Positions 26,761-40,400 of a stretch of 64,000 nt of DNA are shown here, one piece after another. The notes beneath the pieces are model-generated. The model ran no database searches. It was not told the DNA's origin and worked only from the letters and a program-made list of their open reading frames with translations. The first letter of the stretch is position 1. Each line of letters begins with the position of its first letter. The translations under genes were made by a program, and so were the position numbers. The stretch comes from the human T2T-CHM13v2.0 reference genome, Homo sapiens, in assembly GCF_009914755.1 (NCBI RefSeq), contig NC_060933.1. One strand, given 5' to 3'.

Positions 26761-29700
26761 GAATGGAATGGAATGGAATCAATGCGAGTGGAGGGGAATG
26801 GAATGGAATGGAATGCAATGGAATGGAATCTTCCGGAATGGAATGGAATGGAATGGAATGGAATGAAATGCAATGGATTCAACTCGATTGCAATGGAATG
26901 GAATAGAATGGAATGGAATGGAATGGAATGGAATTAACCCGAATAGAATGGAATGGAATGGAATGGAACGGAATGCAATGGAATGGAATGGAATGGAATG
27001 GTATGGAATGGAATGGAATGGTACGGAATAGAATGGAATGGAACGAATTGTAATGGAATGGAATTGAATGGAATGGAATGGAATGGAATGGAATCAACGC
27101 GAGTGCAGGGGAATGTAATGGAACGGAATGCAATGGAATGGAATCATCCGGAATGGAATGGAATGGAATGGAATGGAATGGAATGGAATGGAATGGAATA
27201 AACCCGAGTGAAATGGAATGGAGTGGAAAGGAATGGAATGGAATGGAACAACCCCAATGGAATGGAATGTAATGGAGAGTAAGGGAGTTGAATAGAATCA
27301 ATCAGAATGTAATGTAATGGAATGCAACGGAATGGAATGGAATGGAATGGAATGGAATGGAATCAACCCGAGTGGAATGGCATGGAATGGAATGCAATGG
27401 AATGGAATAAAATGGAATCAACTCGAGTGGAAAGGAATGGAATGGAATGGTAAGGAATGGAATGAAATCAACTCGAGTGGAATGGAATGGAATGGAATGG
27501 ATTGGAATGGATTGCAATGGAATGAAATGGAATGGAATGGAATGGAATCAATCATTCCGAGTGGAATGGAAGGGAATGTAATTGAGTGGAAAGAAGGGAA
27601 TGGAATCAACCCGATTGGAATGCAAGGCAATGGAATGGAATGGAAAGGAATGGAATGGAATCAACTCGATTGCAATGGAATGGAATGGAATGGAATGGAA
27701 AGGAATGGAATAGAATTAACCGGAATAGAATGGAATGCAATGGAATGGAACGGAATGGAATGGAATGGAAGGGAATGGAATCAACACGAGTGCAGGGGAA
27801 TGGAATGGAATGGAATGCAATGGAATGGAATCATCCGGAATGAAATGGAATGGAATGCAATCAACTCCATTGCAATGGAATGGAATGGAATGGAATGGAA
27901 TAGAATGGAATGGAATTAACCCGAATAGAATAGAATGCAATAGAATGGAATGGAACGGAACCCAATGGAGTGGAATGGAATGGAATGGAATCAACCTGAG
28001 TGCAGGGGAATGGAATGGAATGGAATGCAATGGAATGGAATCATCCGGAATGGAATGGAATGGAATGGAATGGAATCAAACCGAGTGCAATGGAATGGAG
28101 TGAAATGGAATGGAATGGAATGGAAACAACCAGAATGGATTGGAATATAATGGAGTGTAAGAGAATTGCATAGAATCAATCTGAATGTAATGAAATGGAA
28201 TGGAACGGAATGGAATGGAATGGAATGGAATCGAATGGAATGGAATGGAATGGAATCAACCGGAGTGCAATGGAATGGATTCGAATGGAATGGAATGGAG
28301 TGGAATGGATTCAACCCGAATGGAGTGGAAAGGAATGGAATCAACCCGAGTGGAATGGCATGGAATGGAATGGAATGGAATGGAATGGAATGGAATGGAA
28401 TGGTTCAGAATAGAATGGATTGGAACAAAATGGAATGGAATGGAATGGAATGGAATGGAATGGAATGGAATAGAATGGAATGGAATCAAGTCGATTGCAA
28501 TGGAATGGAATGGAATGGAATAGAATTGAATGGAATCAAGTCGATTGCAATGGAATGGAATGGAATGGAATGGAACGGATTGGAATGGAATGGAATGGAA
28601 TGGAATGGAATGGAATTAAATGGAATGGAATGGAATGGAATCAACCCGATTTCAGGGGAATGGAATGGAATGGAATGCAATGGAATGGAATGGAATGGAA
28701 TGGAATCAACCCGAGTGGAATGGCATGGAATGGAATGCAATGGAATGGAATGGAATGGAATCAACTCGAGTGGAAAGGAATGGAATGGAATGGAAAGGAA
28801 TGGAATGAAATCAACTCGAGTGGAATGGAATGGAATGGAATGGATTGGAATGGATTGCAATGGAATGAAATGGAATGGAATGGAAAGGAATGGAATGGAA
28901 TGGAATGGAATGGAATCAACCCGAGTGGAATGGCATGGAATGGAATGCAATGGAATGGAATGGAATGGAATGGAATCAACTCGAGTGGAAAGGAATGGAA
29001 TAGAATGGAAAGGAATGGAATGAAATCAACTCGAGTGGAATGGAATGGAATGGAATGGATTGGAATGGATTGCAATGGAATGAAATGGAATGGAATGGAA
29101 TGGAATCAATCATTCCGAGTGGAATGGAAGGGAATATAATGGAGTGGAAAGAAGGGAATGGAATCAACCCGAGTGGAATGCAAGGCAATGGAATGGAATG
29201 GAAAGGAATGGAAACGAATCAACTCGATTGCAATGGAATGGAATTCCATGGAATTTAATGGAATGGAATGGAAAGGAATGGAATGGAATGAAATGGAATG
29301 GAATGGAATGAAATGGAATGGAATGGAATGCAATGGAATGGAATCAACCAGAGTGCAATCAAATGGAATCGAATGGAATGGAATGCAATGGAATGGATTC
29401 AACTTGAATGGAATGGAAAGAATGGAATCAACACGCGTGGAATGGCATGGATTGGAATGGAATGGAATGGAATCAACCTGAGTACAGGGGAATGGAATGG
29501 AATGGAATGCAATGGAATGGAATCATCCGTATTGGAATGGAAAGGAATGGAATGGAATGGAATGGAATGGAATGGAATGGAATGGAATCAACTCGATTGC
29601 AATCGAATGGAATGGAATGGAATTAACCCGAATAGAATGGAATGGAATGGAATGGAACGGAACGGAAAGGAACGGAATGGAATGGAATGGAATGGAACGG

Positions 29701-31070
29701 AAAGGAATGGAATGGAATGGAATGGAATGGAATGGAATGGAATGGAATGGAATCAACGCGAGTGCAGGGGAATGGAATGTAATGGAATGCAATGGAATGG
29801 AATCTTCCGGAATGGAATGGAATGAAATTGAATAAACCCGAGTGCAATGGAATGGAGTGCAATGGAATGGAATGGAATGGAACAACCCGAATGGAATCGA
29901 ATGTAATGGAGAGTAAGGGAGTTGAATAGAATCAATCCGAATGTAATGGAATGGAATGGAATGGAACGGAATGGAATGGAATGGAATGGAATGGAATGCA
30001 ATGGAATGGAATCAACCCGAGTACAATGGAATGGAATGGAATGGAAAGGAATGGAATGGAATGGAATGGAATGGAGTGGAATGGAATGGAATGGAATCAA
30101 CCCGAGTGCAATGGAATGGAGTGAAATGGAATGGAATGGAATGGAAACAACCAGAATGGATTGGAATATAACGGAGTGTAAGGGAATTGAATAGAATCAA
30201 TCTGAATGTAATGAAATGCAATGGAACGGAATGGAATGTAATGGAATGGAATGGAATGGAAAGCAATGTAATGGAATCAACCCGAGTGCAATCGAATGGA
30301 ATCGAATGGAATGGAATGCAATGGAATGGATTCAACTTGAATGGAAAGTAAAGAATGGAATCAACGCGAGTGGAATGGCATGGATTGGAATGGAATGGAA
30401 TGGAATCAACCCGAGTACAGGGGAATGGAATGGAATGGAATGCAATGGAATGGAATCATCCGTAATGGAATGGAAAGGAATGGAATGGAATGGAATGGAA
30501 TGGAATGGAATGGAAGGGAATGGAAACAACTCGATTGCAAACGAATGGAATGGAATGGAATAAACCCGAATAGAATGGAATGGAATGAAACGGAACGGAA
30601 CGCAATGGAATGGAATGGAATTTAATGGAACGGAAAGGAATGGAATGGAAAGGAATGGAATGGAATGGAATCAACTCGAGTGCAGGGGAATGGAATGGAA
30701 TCGAATGGAATGGAATGGAATGGAATGGAATCAACCCGAGTGCAGGGGAATGTAATGGAACGGAATGCAATGGAATGGAATCATCCGAAATGGAATGGAA
30801 TGGAATGGAATGGAATGAACCCGAGTGCAATGGAATGGAGTGGAATAGAATGGAATGGAATGGAACAACCCGAATGGAATGGAATGTAATGGAGAGTAAG
30901 GGAGTTGAAAAGAATCAATCCGAATGTAATGGAATGGAATGGAACGGAATGGAATGGAATGGAATGGAATGGAATGGAATGGAATGGAATGCAATGGAAT
31001 GGAATCAACCCGAGTACAATGGAATGGAATGGAATGGAATGGAATGGAATGGAATGGAATGCAATGGAAT
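26760..31070 (+). repeat. Duplicated segment B, copy 2
   Basis: See copy 1. This copy carries an extra CAAGTCGATTGC unit at ~28487-28550. Confidence 0.92.
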
Positions 31071-34000
31071 GGAATCTTCCGGAATGGAATGGAATGCAAT
31101 GGAATGGAATGGAATGCAATGGATTCAACTCGATTGCAATGGAATGGAATAGAATGGAATGGAATGGAATGGAATGGAATTAAACCGAATAGAATGGAAT
31201 GGAATGGAATGGAACGGAACGGAACGGAACGGAGTGGAATGGAATGGAATGGAATTGTATGGAATGGAATGCAATGGTACGGAATAGAATGGAATGGAAA
31301 GAATTGGAATGGAATGGAATCGAAAGGAATGGAATGGAATGGAATGGAATCAACCCGAGTGTAGGGGAATGTAATGGAACGGAATGCAATGGAATGGAAT
31401 CATCCGGAATGGAATGGAAAGGAATGGAATGGAATGGAATGGAATGGAATCAACTCGATTGCAATCGAATTGAATGGAATGGAATTAACCCGAATAGAAT
31501 GGAATGGAATGGAATGGAATGGAACGGAACGGAATGGAATGGAATGGAATGGAATGGAACGGAAAGGAAGGGAATGGAATGGAATAGAATGGAATGGAAT
31601 GGAATCAACGCGAGTGCAGGGGAATGGAATGGAATGGAATGCAATGGAATGGAATCTTCCGGAATGGAATGGAATGGAATGGAATGGAATGGAATGGAAT
31701 CAACCCGAGTGCAATGGAATGGAGTGGAATGGAATGGAATGGAATGGAACAACCCGAATGGAATGGAATGTAATGGAGAGTAAGGGAGTTGAATAGAATC
31801 AATGCGAATGTAATGGAATGGAATGGAACGGAATGGAATGGAATGGAATGGAATGGAATGGAATGCAATGGAATGGAATCAACCCGAGTGCAATCGAATG
31901 GAATCGAATGGAATGGAATGCAATAGAATGGATTCAACTTGAATGGAATGGAAAGAATAGAATCAACACGAGTGGAATGGCATGGATTGGAATGGAATGG
32001 AATGGAATCAACCCGAGTACAGGGGAATGGAATGGAATGGAATGCAATGGAATGGAATCATCCGTAATGGAATGGATAGGAATGGAATGGAATGGAATGG
32101 AATGGAATGGAATGGAATGGAATCAACTAGATTGCAATCGAATGGAATGGAATGGAATTAACCCGAATAGAATGGAATGGAATGGAATGGAACGGAATGG
32201 AATGGAATGGAATGGAATGGAATGGAACGGAATGGAATGGAATGGAATGGAATGGAATGGAATGGAATGGAATCAACGCGAGTGCAGGGGAATGGAATGG
32301 AATGGAATGCAATGGAATGGAATCTTCCGGAATGGAATGGAATGGAATGGAATGGAATGAAATGCAATGGATTCAACTCTATTGCAATGGAATGGAATAG
32401 AATGGAATGGAATGGAATGGAATGGAATTAATCCGAATAGAATGGAATGGTATGCAATGGAACGGAATGGAACGGAATGGAATGGAATGGAATGGTATGG
32501 AATCGAATGGAATGGTACGGAATAGAATGGAATGGAACGAATTGTAATGGAATGGAATTGAATGGAATGGAATGGAATGGAATGGAATCAACGCGAGAGC
32601 ACGGGAATGTAATGGAACGGAATGCAATGGAATGGAATCATCCGGAATGCAATGGAATGGAATGGAATGGAATGGAATCAACCCGAGTGCAATGGAATGG
32701 AGTGGAATGGAATGGAATGGAATGGAACAACCCGAATGGAATGGAATGGAATGGAGAGTAAGGGAGTTGAATAGAATCAATCCGAATGTAATGTAATGGA
32801 ATGGAACGGAATGGAATTGAATGGAATGCAATGGAATGGAATGGAATGGAATGGAATGGAATGGAGTGGAATGCAATGGAATGGAATCAACCCGAGTGCA
32901 ATCGAATGGAATCGAATGGAATGGAATGCAATGGAATGGATTCAACTTGAATGGAATGGAAAGAATGGAATCAACACGAGTGGAATGGCATCGATTGGAA
33001 TGGAATGGAATGGAATCTACCCGAGTACAAGGGAATGGAATGGAATGGAATGCAATGGAATGGAATCATCCGTAATGGAATGGAAAGGAATGGAATGGAA
33101 TGGAATGGAATGGAATGGAATGGAATGGAATCAACTCGATTGCAATCGAATGGAATGGAATGGAATGGAATGGAATGGAACAACCCGAATGGAATGGAAT
33201 GTAATGGAGAGTAAGGGAGTTGAATAGAATCAATCCGAATGTAATGGAATGGAATGGAACGGAATGGAATTGAATGGAATGGAATGGAATGCAATGGAAT
33301 GGAATCAACCCGAGAGCTATGGAATGGAGAGGAATGGAATGGAATGCAATGGAAACTACCCGAATGGAATGGAATGTAATGGAGTGTAAGGGAATTGAAT
33401 AGAATCAATCCGAATGTAACGGAATGGAATGGAACGGAATGTAATGGAATGGAATGGAATGGAATGGAATGGAATGGAATCAACTCGATTGCAATCAAAT
33501 GGAATGGAATGGAATTAACCCGAATAGAATGGAATGGAATGGTATGGAACGGAACGGAATGGAATGGAATGGAATGGAATGGAATGGAATGGAATGGAAT
33601 GGAAGGGAAAGGAAGGGAATGGAATGGAATAGAATGGAATGGAATGGAATCAACGCGAGTGCAGGGGAATGGAATGGAATGGAATGCAATGGAATGGAAT
33701 ATTCCGGAATGGAATGGAATTGAATGGAATGGAATGGAATCAACCCGAGTGCAATGGAATGGAGTGGAATGGAATGGAATGGAATGGAACAACCCAAATG
33801 GAATTTAATGTAATGGAGAATAAGGGAGTTGAATAGAATCAACCCGAAAGTAATGGAATGGAATGGAACGGAATGGAATTGAATGGAATGGAATGGAATG
33901 CAATGGAATGGAATCAACCCGAGTGCAATCTAATGGAATCGAATGGAATGGAATGCAATGGAATGGATTCAACTTGAATGGAATGGAAAGAATGGAATCA

Positions 34001-35899
34001 ACACGAGTGGAATGGCATGGATTGGAATGGAATGGAATGGAATCAACCCGAGTACAGGGGAATGGAATGGAATGGAATGCAATGGAATGGAATCATCCGT
34101 AATGCAATGGAAAGGAATGGAATGGAATGGAATGGAATGGAATGGAATGGAATGGAATCAACTCGATTGCAATCGAATGGAATGGAATGGAATTAACCCG
34201 AATAGAATGGAATGGAATGGAATGGAACGGAACGGAATGGAATGGAATGGAATGGAATGGAATGGAACGGAACGGAACGGAACGGAATGGAATGGAATGG
34301 AATGGAATGGAATCAACGCGAGTGCAGGGGAATGGAATGGAATGGAATGCAATGGAATGGAATCTTCCGGAATGGAATGGAATGGAATGGAATGGAATGA
34401 AATGCAATGGATTCAACTCGATTGCAATGGAATGGAATAGAACGGAATGGAATGGAATGGAATGGAATGCAATGGTGTAGAATGGAATGGAATGGTACGG
34501 AATAGAATGGAATGGAATGAATTGTAATGGAATGGAATTGAATGGAATGGAATGGAATGGAATGGAATCAACGCGAGTGCAGGGGAATGTAATGGAACGG
34601 AATGCAATGGAATGGAATCATCCGTAATGGAATGGAAAGGAATGGAATGGAATGGAATGGAATGGAATGGAATGGAATGGAATCAACTCGATTGCAATCG
34701 AATGGAATGGAATGGAATTAACCCGAATAAAATGGAATGGAATGGAATGGAATGGAACGGAACGGAATGGAATGGATTGGAATGGAATGGAACGGAAAGG
34801 AATGGAATGGAATGGAATGCAATGGAATGGAATCTTCCGGAATGGAATGGAATGGAATGGAATGGAATAAACCCGAGTGCAATGGATTGGAGTGGAATGG
34901 AATGGAATGGAATGGAACAACCCGAATGGAATGGAATGTAATGCAGTGTAAGGGAGTTGAATAGAATCAATCCGAATGTAATGGAATGGAATGGAAGGGA
35001 ATGGAATGGAATGGAATGGAATGGAATGGAATGGAATGGAATGCAATGGAATGGAATCAACCCGAGTCCAATCGAATGGAATCGAATGGAATGGAATGCA
35101 ATGGAATGGATTCAACTTGAATGGAATGGAAAGAATGGAATCAACACGAGTGGAATGGCATGGATTAGAATAGAATGGAATGGAATCAATCCGAGTACAG
35201 GGGCATGGAATGGAATGGAATGCAATTGAATGGAATCATCCGTAATGGAATGGAAAGGAATGGAATGGAATGGAATGGAATGGAATGGAATGGAATGGAG
35301 TCAACTCGATTGCAATCGAATGGAATGGAATGGAATTAACCCGAATAGAATGGAATGGAATGGAATGGAACGGAACGGAACGGAATGGAATGGAATGGAA
35401 TGGAACGGAACGGAACGGAATGGAATGGAATGGAATGGAATGGAATGGAATGGAATCAACGCGAGTGCAGGGGAATGGAATGGAATGGAATGCATTGGAA
35501 TGGAATCTTCCGGAATGGAATGGAATGGAATGGAATGGAATGGAATGGAATTAACCCGAATAGAATGGAATGGAATGGAATGGAACGGAATGGAACGGAA
35601 TGGAATGGAATGGAATGCAATGGAATGGTATGGAATGGAATGGAATGGTACGGAATAGAATGGAATGGAACGAATTGTAATGGAATGGAATTGAATGGAA
35701 TGGAATGGAATGGAATGGAATCAACGCGAGTGCAGGGGAATGTAATGGAACGGAATGCAATGGAATGGAATCATCCGGAATGGAATGGAATGGAATGGAA
35801 TGGAATGGAATGGAATCAACCCGAGTGCAATGGAATGGAGTGGAATGGAATGGAATGGAATGGAACAACCCGAATAGAATGGAATGTAATGGAGAGTAA

Positions 35900-37400
35900 G
35901 GGAGTTGAATAGAATCAATCCGAATGTAATGGAATGGAATGCAACGGAATGGAATGGAATGGAATGGAATGGAATGCAATGGAATGGAATCAACCCGAGT
36001 ACAATGGAATGGAATGGAATGGAATGGAATGGAATGGAATGGAATGCCTTCAAACCGAATGGAATGGAAAGGAATGGAACCAACACGAGTGGAATGGAAT
36101 GGAATGGAATGGAATGGAATGGAATGATACGGAATAGAATGGAATGGAACAAAATGGAATGGAATGGAATGGAATGGAATGGAATGGAATGGAATGGAAT
36201 CGTTCCGAGTGGAATAGGAGGGAATGTATTCGAGTGGAATGGAAAGGAATGGAAACAACCAGAGTGGAATGGAAGGGAATGGAATGGAATGGAAACTAAT
36301 AGAATGGAATCAACCCGAGTGGAATGGAATGGAAAGGACTGGAATGGAAAGGAATGGAATGGAATGGAATGGAATGGAATGGAATGGAATGGAATCAACG
36401 CGAGTGCAGGGGAATGGAATAGAATCGAATGGAATGGAATGGAATGGAATCAACCCGAGTGCAGGGGAATGTAATGGAACGGAATGCAATGGAATGGAAT
36501 CATCCGGAATGGAATGGAATGGAATGGAATGGAAACAACCCGAGTGCAATGGAATGGAGTGGAATGGAATGGAACGGAATGGAACAACCCGAATGGAATG
36601 GAATGTAATGGAGAGTAAGGGAGTTGAAAAGAATCAATCCGAATGAAATGGAATGGAATGGAACGGAATGGAATGGAATGGAATGGAATGGAATGGAATG
36701 GAATGGAATGGAATGCAATGGAATGGAATCAACCCGAGTACAATGGAATGGAATGGAATGGAATGGAATGCAATGGAATGGAATCTTCCGGAATGGAATG
36801 GAATGGAATGGAATGGAATGGAATGGAATGCAATGGATTCAACTCGATTGCAATGGAATGGAATAGAATGGAATGGAATGGAACGGAATGGAATTAAACC
36901 GAATAGAATGGAATGGAATGGAATGGAACGGAACGGAACGGAAAGGAACGGAACGGAACGGAACGGAGTGGAATGGAATGGAATGGAATTGTATGGAATG
37001 GAATGGAATGGTACGGAATAGAATGGAATGGAAAGAATTGGAATCGAATGGAATCGAATGGAATGGAATGGAATGGAATGGAATCAACCAGAGTGCAGGG
37101 GAATGTAATGGAACGGAATGCAATGGAATGGAATCATCCGGAATGGAATGGAATGGAATGGAATGGAATGGAATGGAATGGAATCAACCCGAGTGCAATG
37201 GAATGGAGTCGAATGGAATGGAATGGAATGGAAGAACCCGAATGGAATGTAATGTAATGGAGAGTAAGGGAGTTGAATATAATCAATCCGAATGTAATGG
37301 AATGGAACGGAATGGAATGGAATGGAATGGAACGGAATGGAATGGAATGCAATGGAATGGAATCAACCCGAGTACAATGGAACGGAATGGAATGGAATGT
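35900..37400 (+). repeat. Segment related to ~41580-43100 (offset ~5.69 kb)
   Basis: GCCTTCAAAC at 36045/41721, CGTTCCGAGT at 36201/41886, GAGTTGAAAAGAATC at 36621/42311, with the same downstream motif order. Confidence 0.7.
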
Positions 37401-40400
37401 AATGTAATGGAATGGAATGGAATGGAATGGAATGGAATGGAATCAACCCGAGTGCAATGGAATGGAGAGGAATGGAATGGAATGGAATGGAAACTACCCG
37501 AATGGAATGGAATGTAATGGAGTGTAAAGGAATTGAATAGAATCAATCCGAATGCAATGGAATGGAATGGAATGGAACGGAATGGATTGGAATGGAATGG
37601 AATCAACCCGAGTGCAGGGGAATGGAATGGAATGGAATGCAATGGAATGGAATCATCCGGAATGGAATGGAATGGAATGCAATGGAATGGAATGGAATGG
37701 AATCAACCCAAGTACAATGGAATGGAGTGAAATGGAATGGAATGGAATGGAAACAACCAGAATGGATTGGAATATAATGGAGTGTAAGGGAATTGAATAG
37801 AATCAGTCTGAATGTAATGAAATGGAATGGAACGGAATGGAATGGAATGGAATGCAATGGAATGGAATCAACCCGAGTGCAATCGAATGGAATCGAATGG
37901 AATGGAATGCAATGGAATGGATTCAACTTGAATGGAATGGAATGAATGGAATCAACACGACTGGAATGGCATGGATTGGAATGGAATGGATTGGAATCAA
38001 CCCGAGTACAGGGGAATGGAATGGAATGGAATGCAATGGAATGGAATCATCCGTAATGGAATGGAAAGGAATGGAATGGAATGGAATGGAATGGAATGGA
38101 ATCAACTCGATTGCAATCGAATGGAATGGAATGGAATTAAACCGAATAGAATGGAATGGAATGGAATGGAACGGAACGGAACGGAATGGAATGGAATGGA
38201 ATGGAATGGAACGGAACGGAACGGAACGGAATGGAATGGAATGGAATGGAATGGAATCAACGCGATTGCAGGGGAATGGAATGGAATGGAATGCAATGGA
38301 ATGGAATCATCCGGAATGGAATGGAATGGAATGGAATGGAATGGAATGGAATGGAATCAACTCGATTGCAATCGAATGGAATAGAATGGAATTAACCCGA
38401 ATAGAATGGAATGGAATGGAACGGAACGGAATGGAATGGAATGGAATGGAATGGAATGGAATGGAATGGAATCAACGTGAGTGCAGGGGAATGGAATGGA
38501 ATGGAATGCAATGGAATGGAATCTTCCGGAATGGAATGGAATGGAATGAAATGCAATGGATTCAACTCGATTGCAATGGAATGGAATAGAATGGAATGGA
38601 ATGGAATGGAATGGAATGGAATGGAATGGAATGGAATTAACCCGAATAGAATGCAATGGAATGGAATGGAACGGAATGGAATGGAATGGAATGGAATGGA
38701 ATGGAATGGAATGGTATGGAATGGAATGGAATGGTACGGAATAGAATGGAATGGAATGAATTGTAATGGAATGGAATTGAATGGAATGGAATGGAATGGA
38801 ATGGAATCAACGCGAGTGCAGGGGAATGTAATGGAACGGAATGCAATGGAATGGAATCATCCGGAATGGAATGGAATGGATTGGAATGGAATGGAATCAA
38901 CCCAAGTGCAATGGAATGGAGTGGAATGGAATGGAATGGAATGGAACAACCCGAATGGAATGGAATGTAATGGAGAGTAAGGGAGTTGAATAGAATCAAT
39001 CCGAATGTAATGGAATGGAAAGGAACGGAATGGAATGGAATGGAACAACCCGAATGGAATGGAATGTAATGGAGAGTAAGGGAGTTGAATAGAATCAATC
39101 CGAATGTAATGGAATGGAATGGAACGGAATGGAATTGAATGGAATGGAATGGAATGCAATGGAATGGAATCAACCCGAGTGCTATGGAATGGAGTGGAAT
39201 GGAATGGAATGGAATGGAACAACCCGAATGGAATGGAATGTAATGGAGAGTAAGGGAGTTGAATAGAATCAATCCGAATGTAATGGAATGGAATGCAACG
39301 GAATGGAATGGAATGGAATGGAATGGAATGCAATGGAATGGAATCAACCCGAGTACAATGGAATGGAATGGAATGGAATGGAATGGAATGGAATGGAATG
39401 GAATGGAATGATACGGAATAGAATGGAATGGAATGGAATGGAATGGAATGGAATGGAATGGAATGGAATGGAATGGAATCGTTCCGAGTGGAATAGGAGG
39501 GAATGTATTCGAGTGGAATGGAAAGGAATGGAATCAACCAGAGTGGAATGGAAGGGAATGGAATGGAATGGAAACTAATAGAATGGAATCAACACGAGTG
39601 GAATGGAATGGAAAGGACTGGAATGGAATGGAATGGAATGGAATCAACTCGATTGTAATGGAATGGAATGGAATGGAATGGAATGGAATTAACCCGAATA
39701 CAATGGAATGGAATGGAATGGAACGGAATGGAGTGGAATGGAATGGAATCAACCCGAGTGCAGGGGATTGGAATGGAATGGAATGCAATGGAATGGAATC
39801 ATCCGGAATGGAATGGAATGGAATGGAATGGAATCAACCCGACTGCAGGGGAATGGAATGGAATGGAATGCAATGGAATGGATTCAACTTGAATGGAATG
39901 GAAAGAATGGAATCAACACGAGTGCAATGGCATGGATTGGAATGGAATGGAATGGAATGGAATCAACCCGAGTACAGGGGAATGGAATGGAATGGAATGG
40001 AATGGAATGGAATGGAATGGAATGGAATGGAATGGAATCAACTCGATTGCAATCTAATGGAATGGAATGGAATTAACCCGAATAGAATGGAAGGGAATGG
40101 AATGGAACGGAACGGAACGGAATGGAATGGATTGGAATGGAATGGAATGGAAAGGAATGGAACGGAAAGGAATGGAATGGAATGGAATGGAATGGAATGG
40201 AATGGAATGGAATAGAATGGAATCAACGCGAGTGCAGGGGAATGGAATGGAATGGAATGCAATGGAATGGAATCTTCCGGAATGGAATGGAATGGAATGG
40301 AATGGAATGGAATGCAATGGAATAATCCCGAGTGCAATGGAATGGAGTGGAATGGAATGGAATGGAATGGAACAACCCGAATGCAATGGAATGTAATGGA

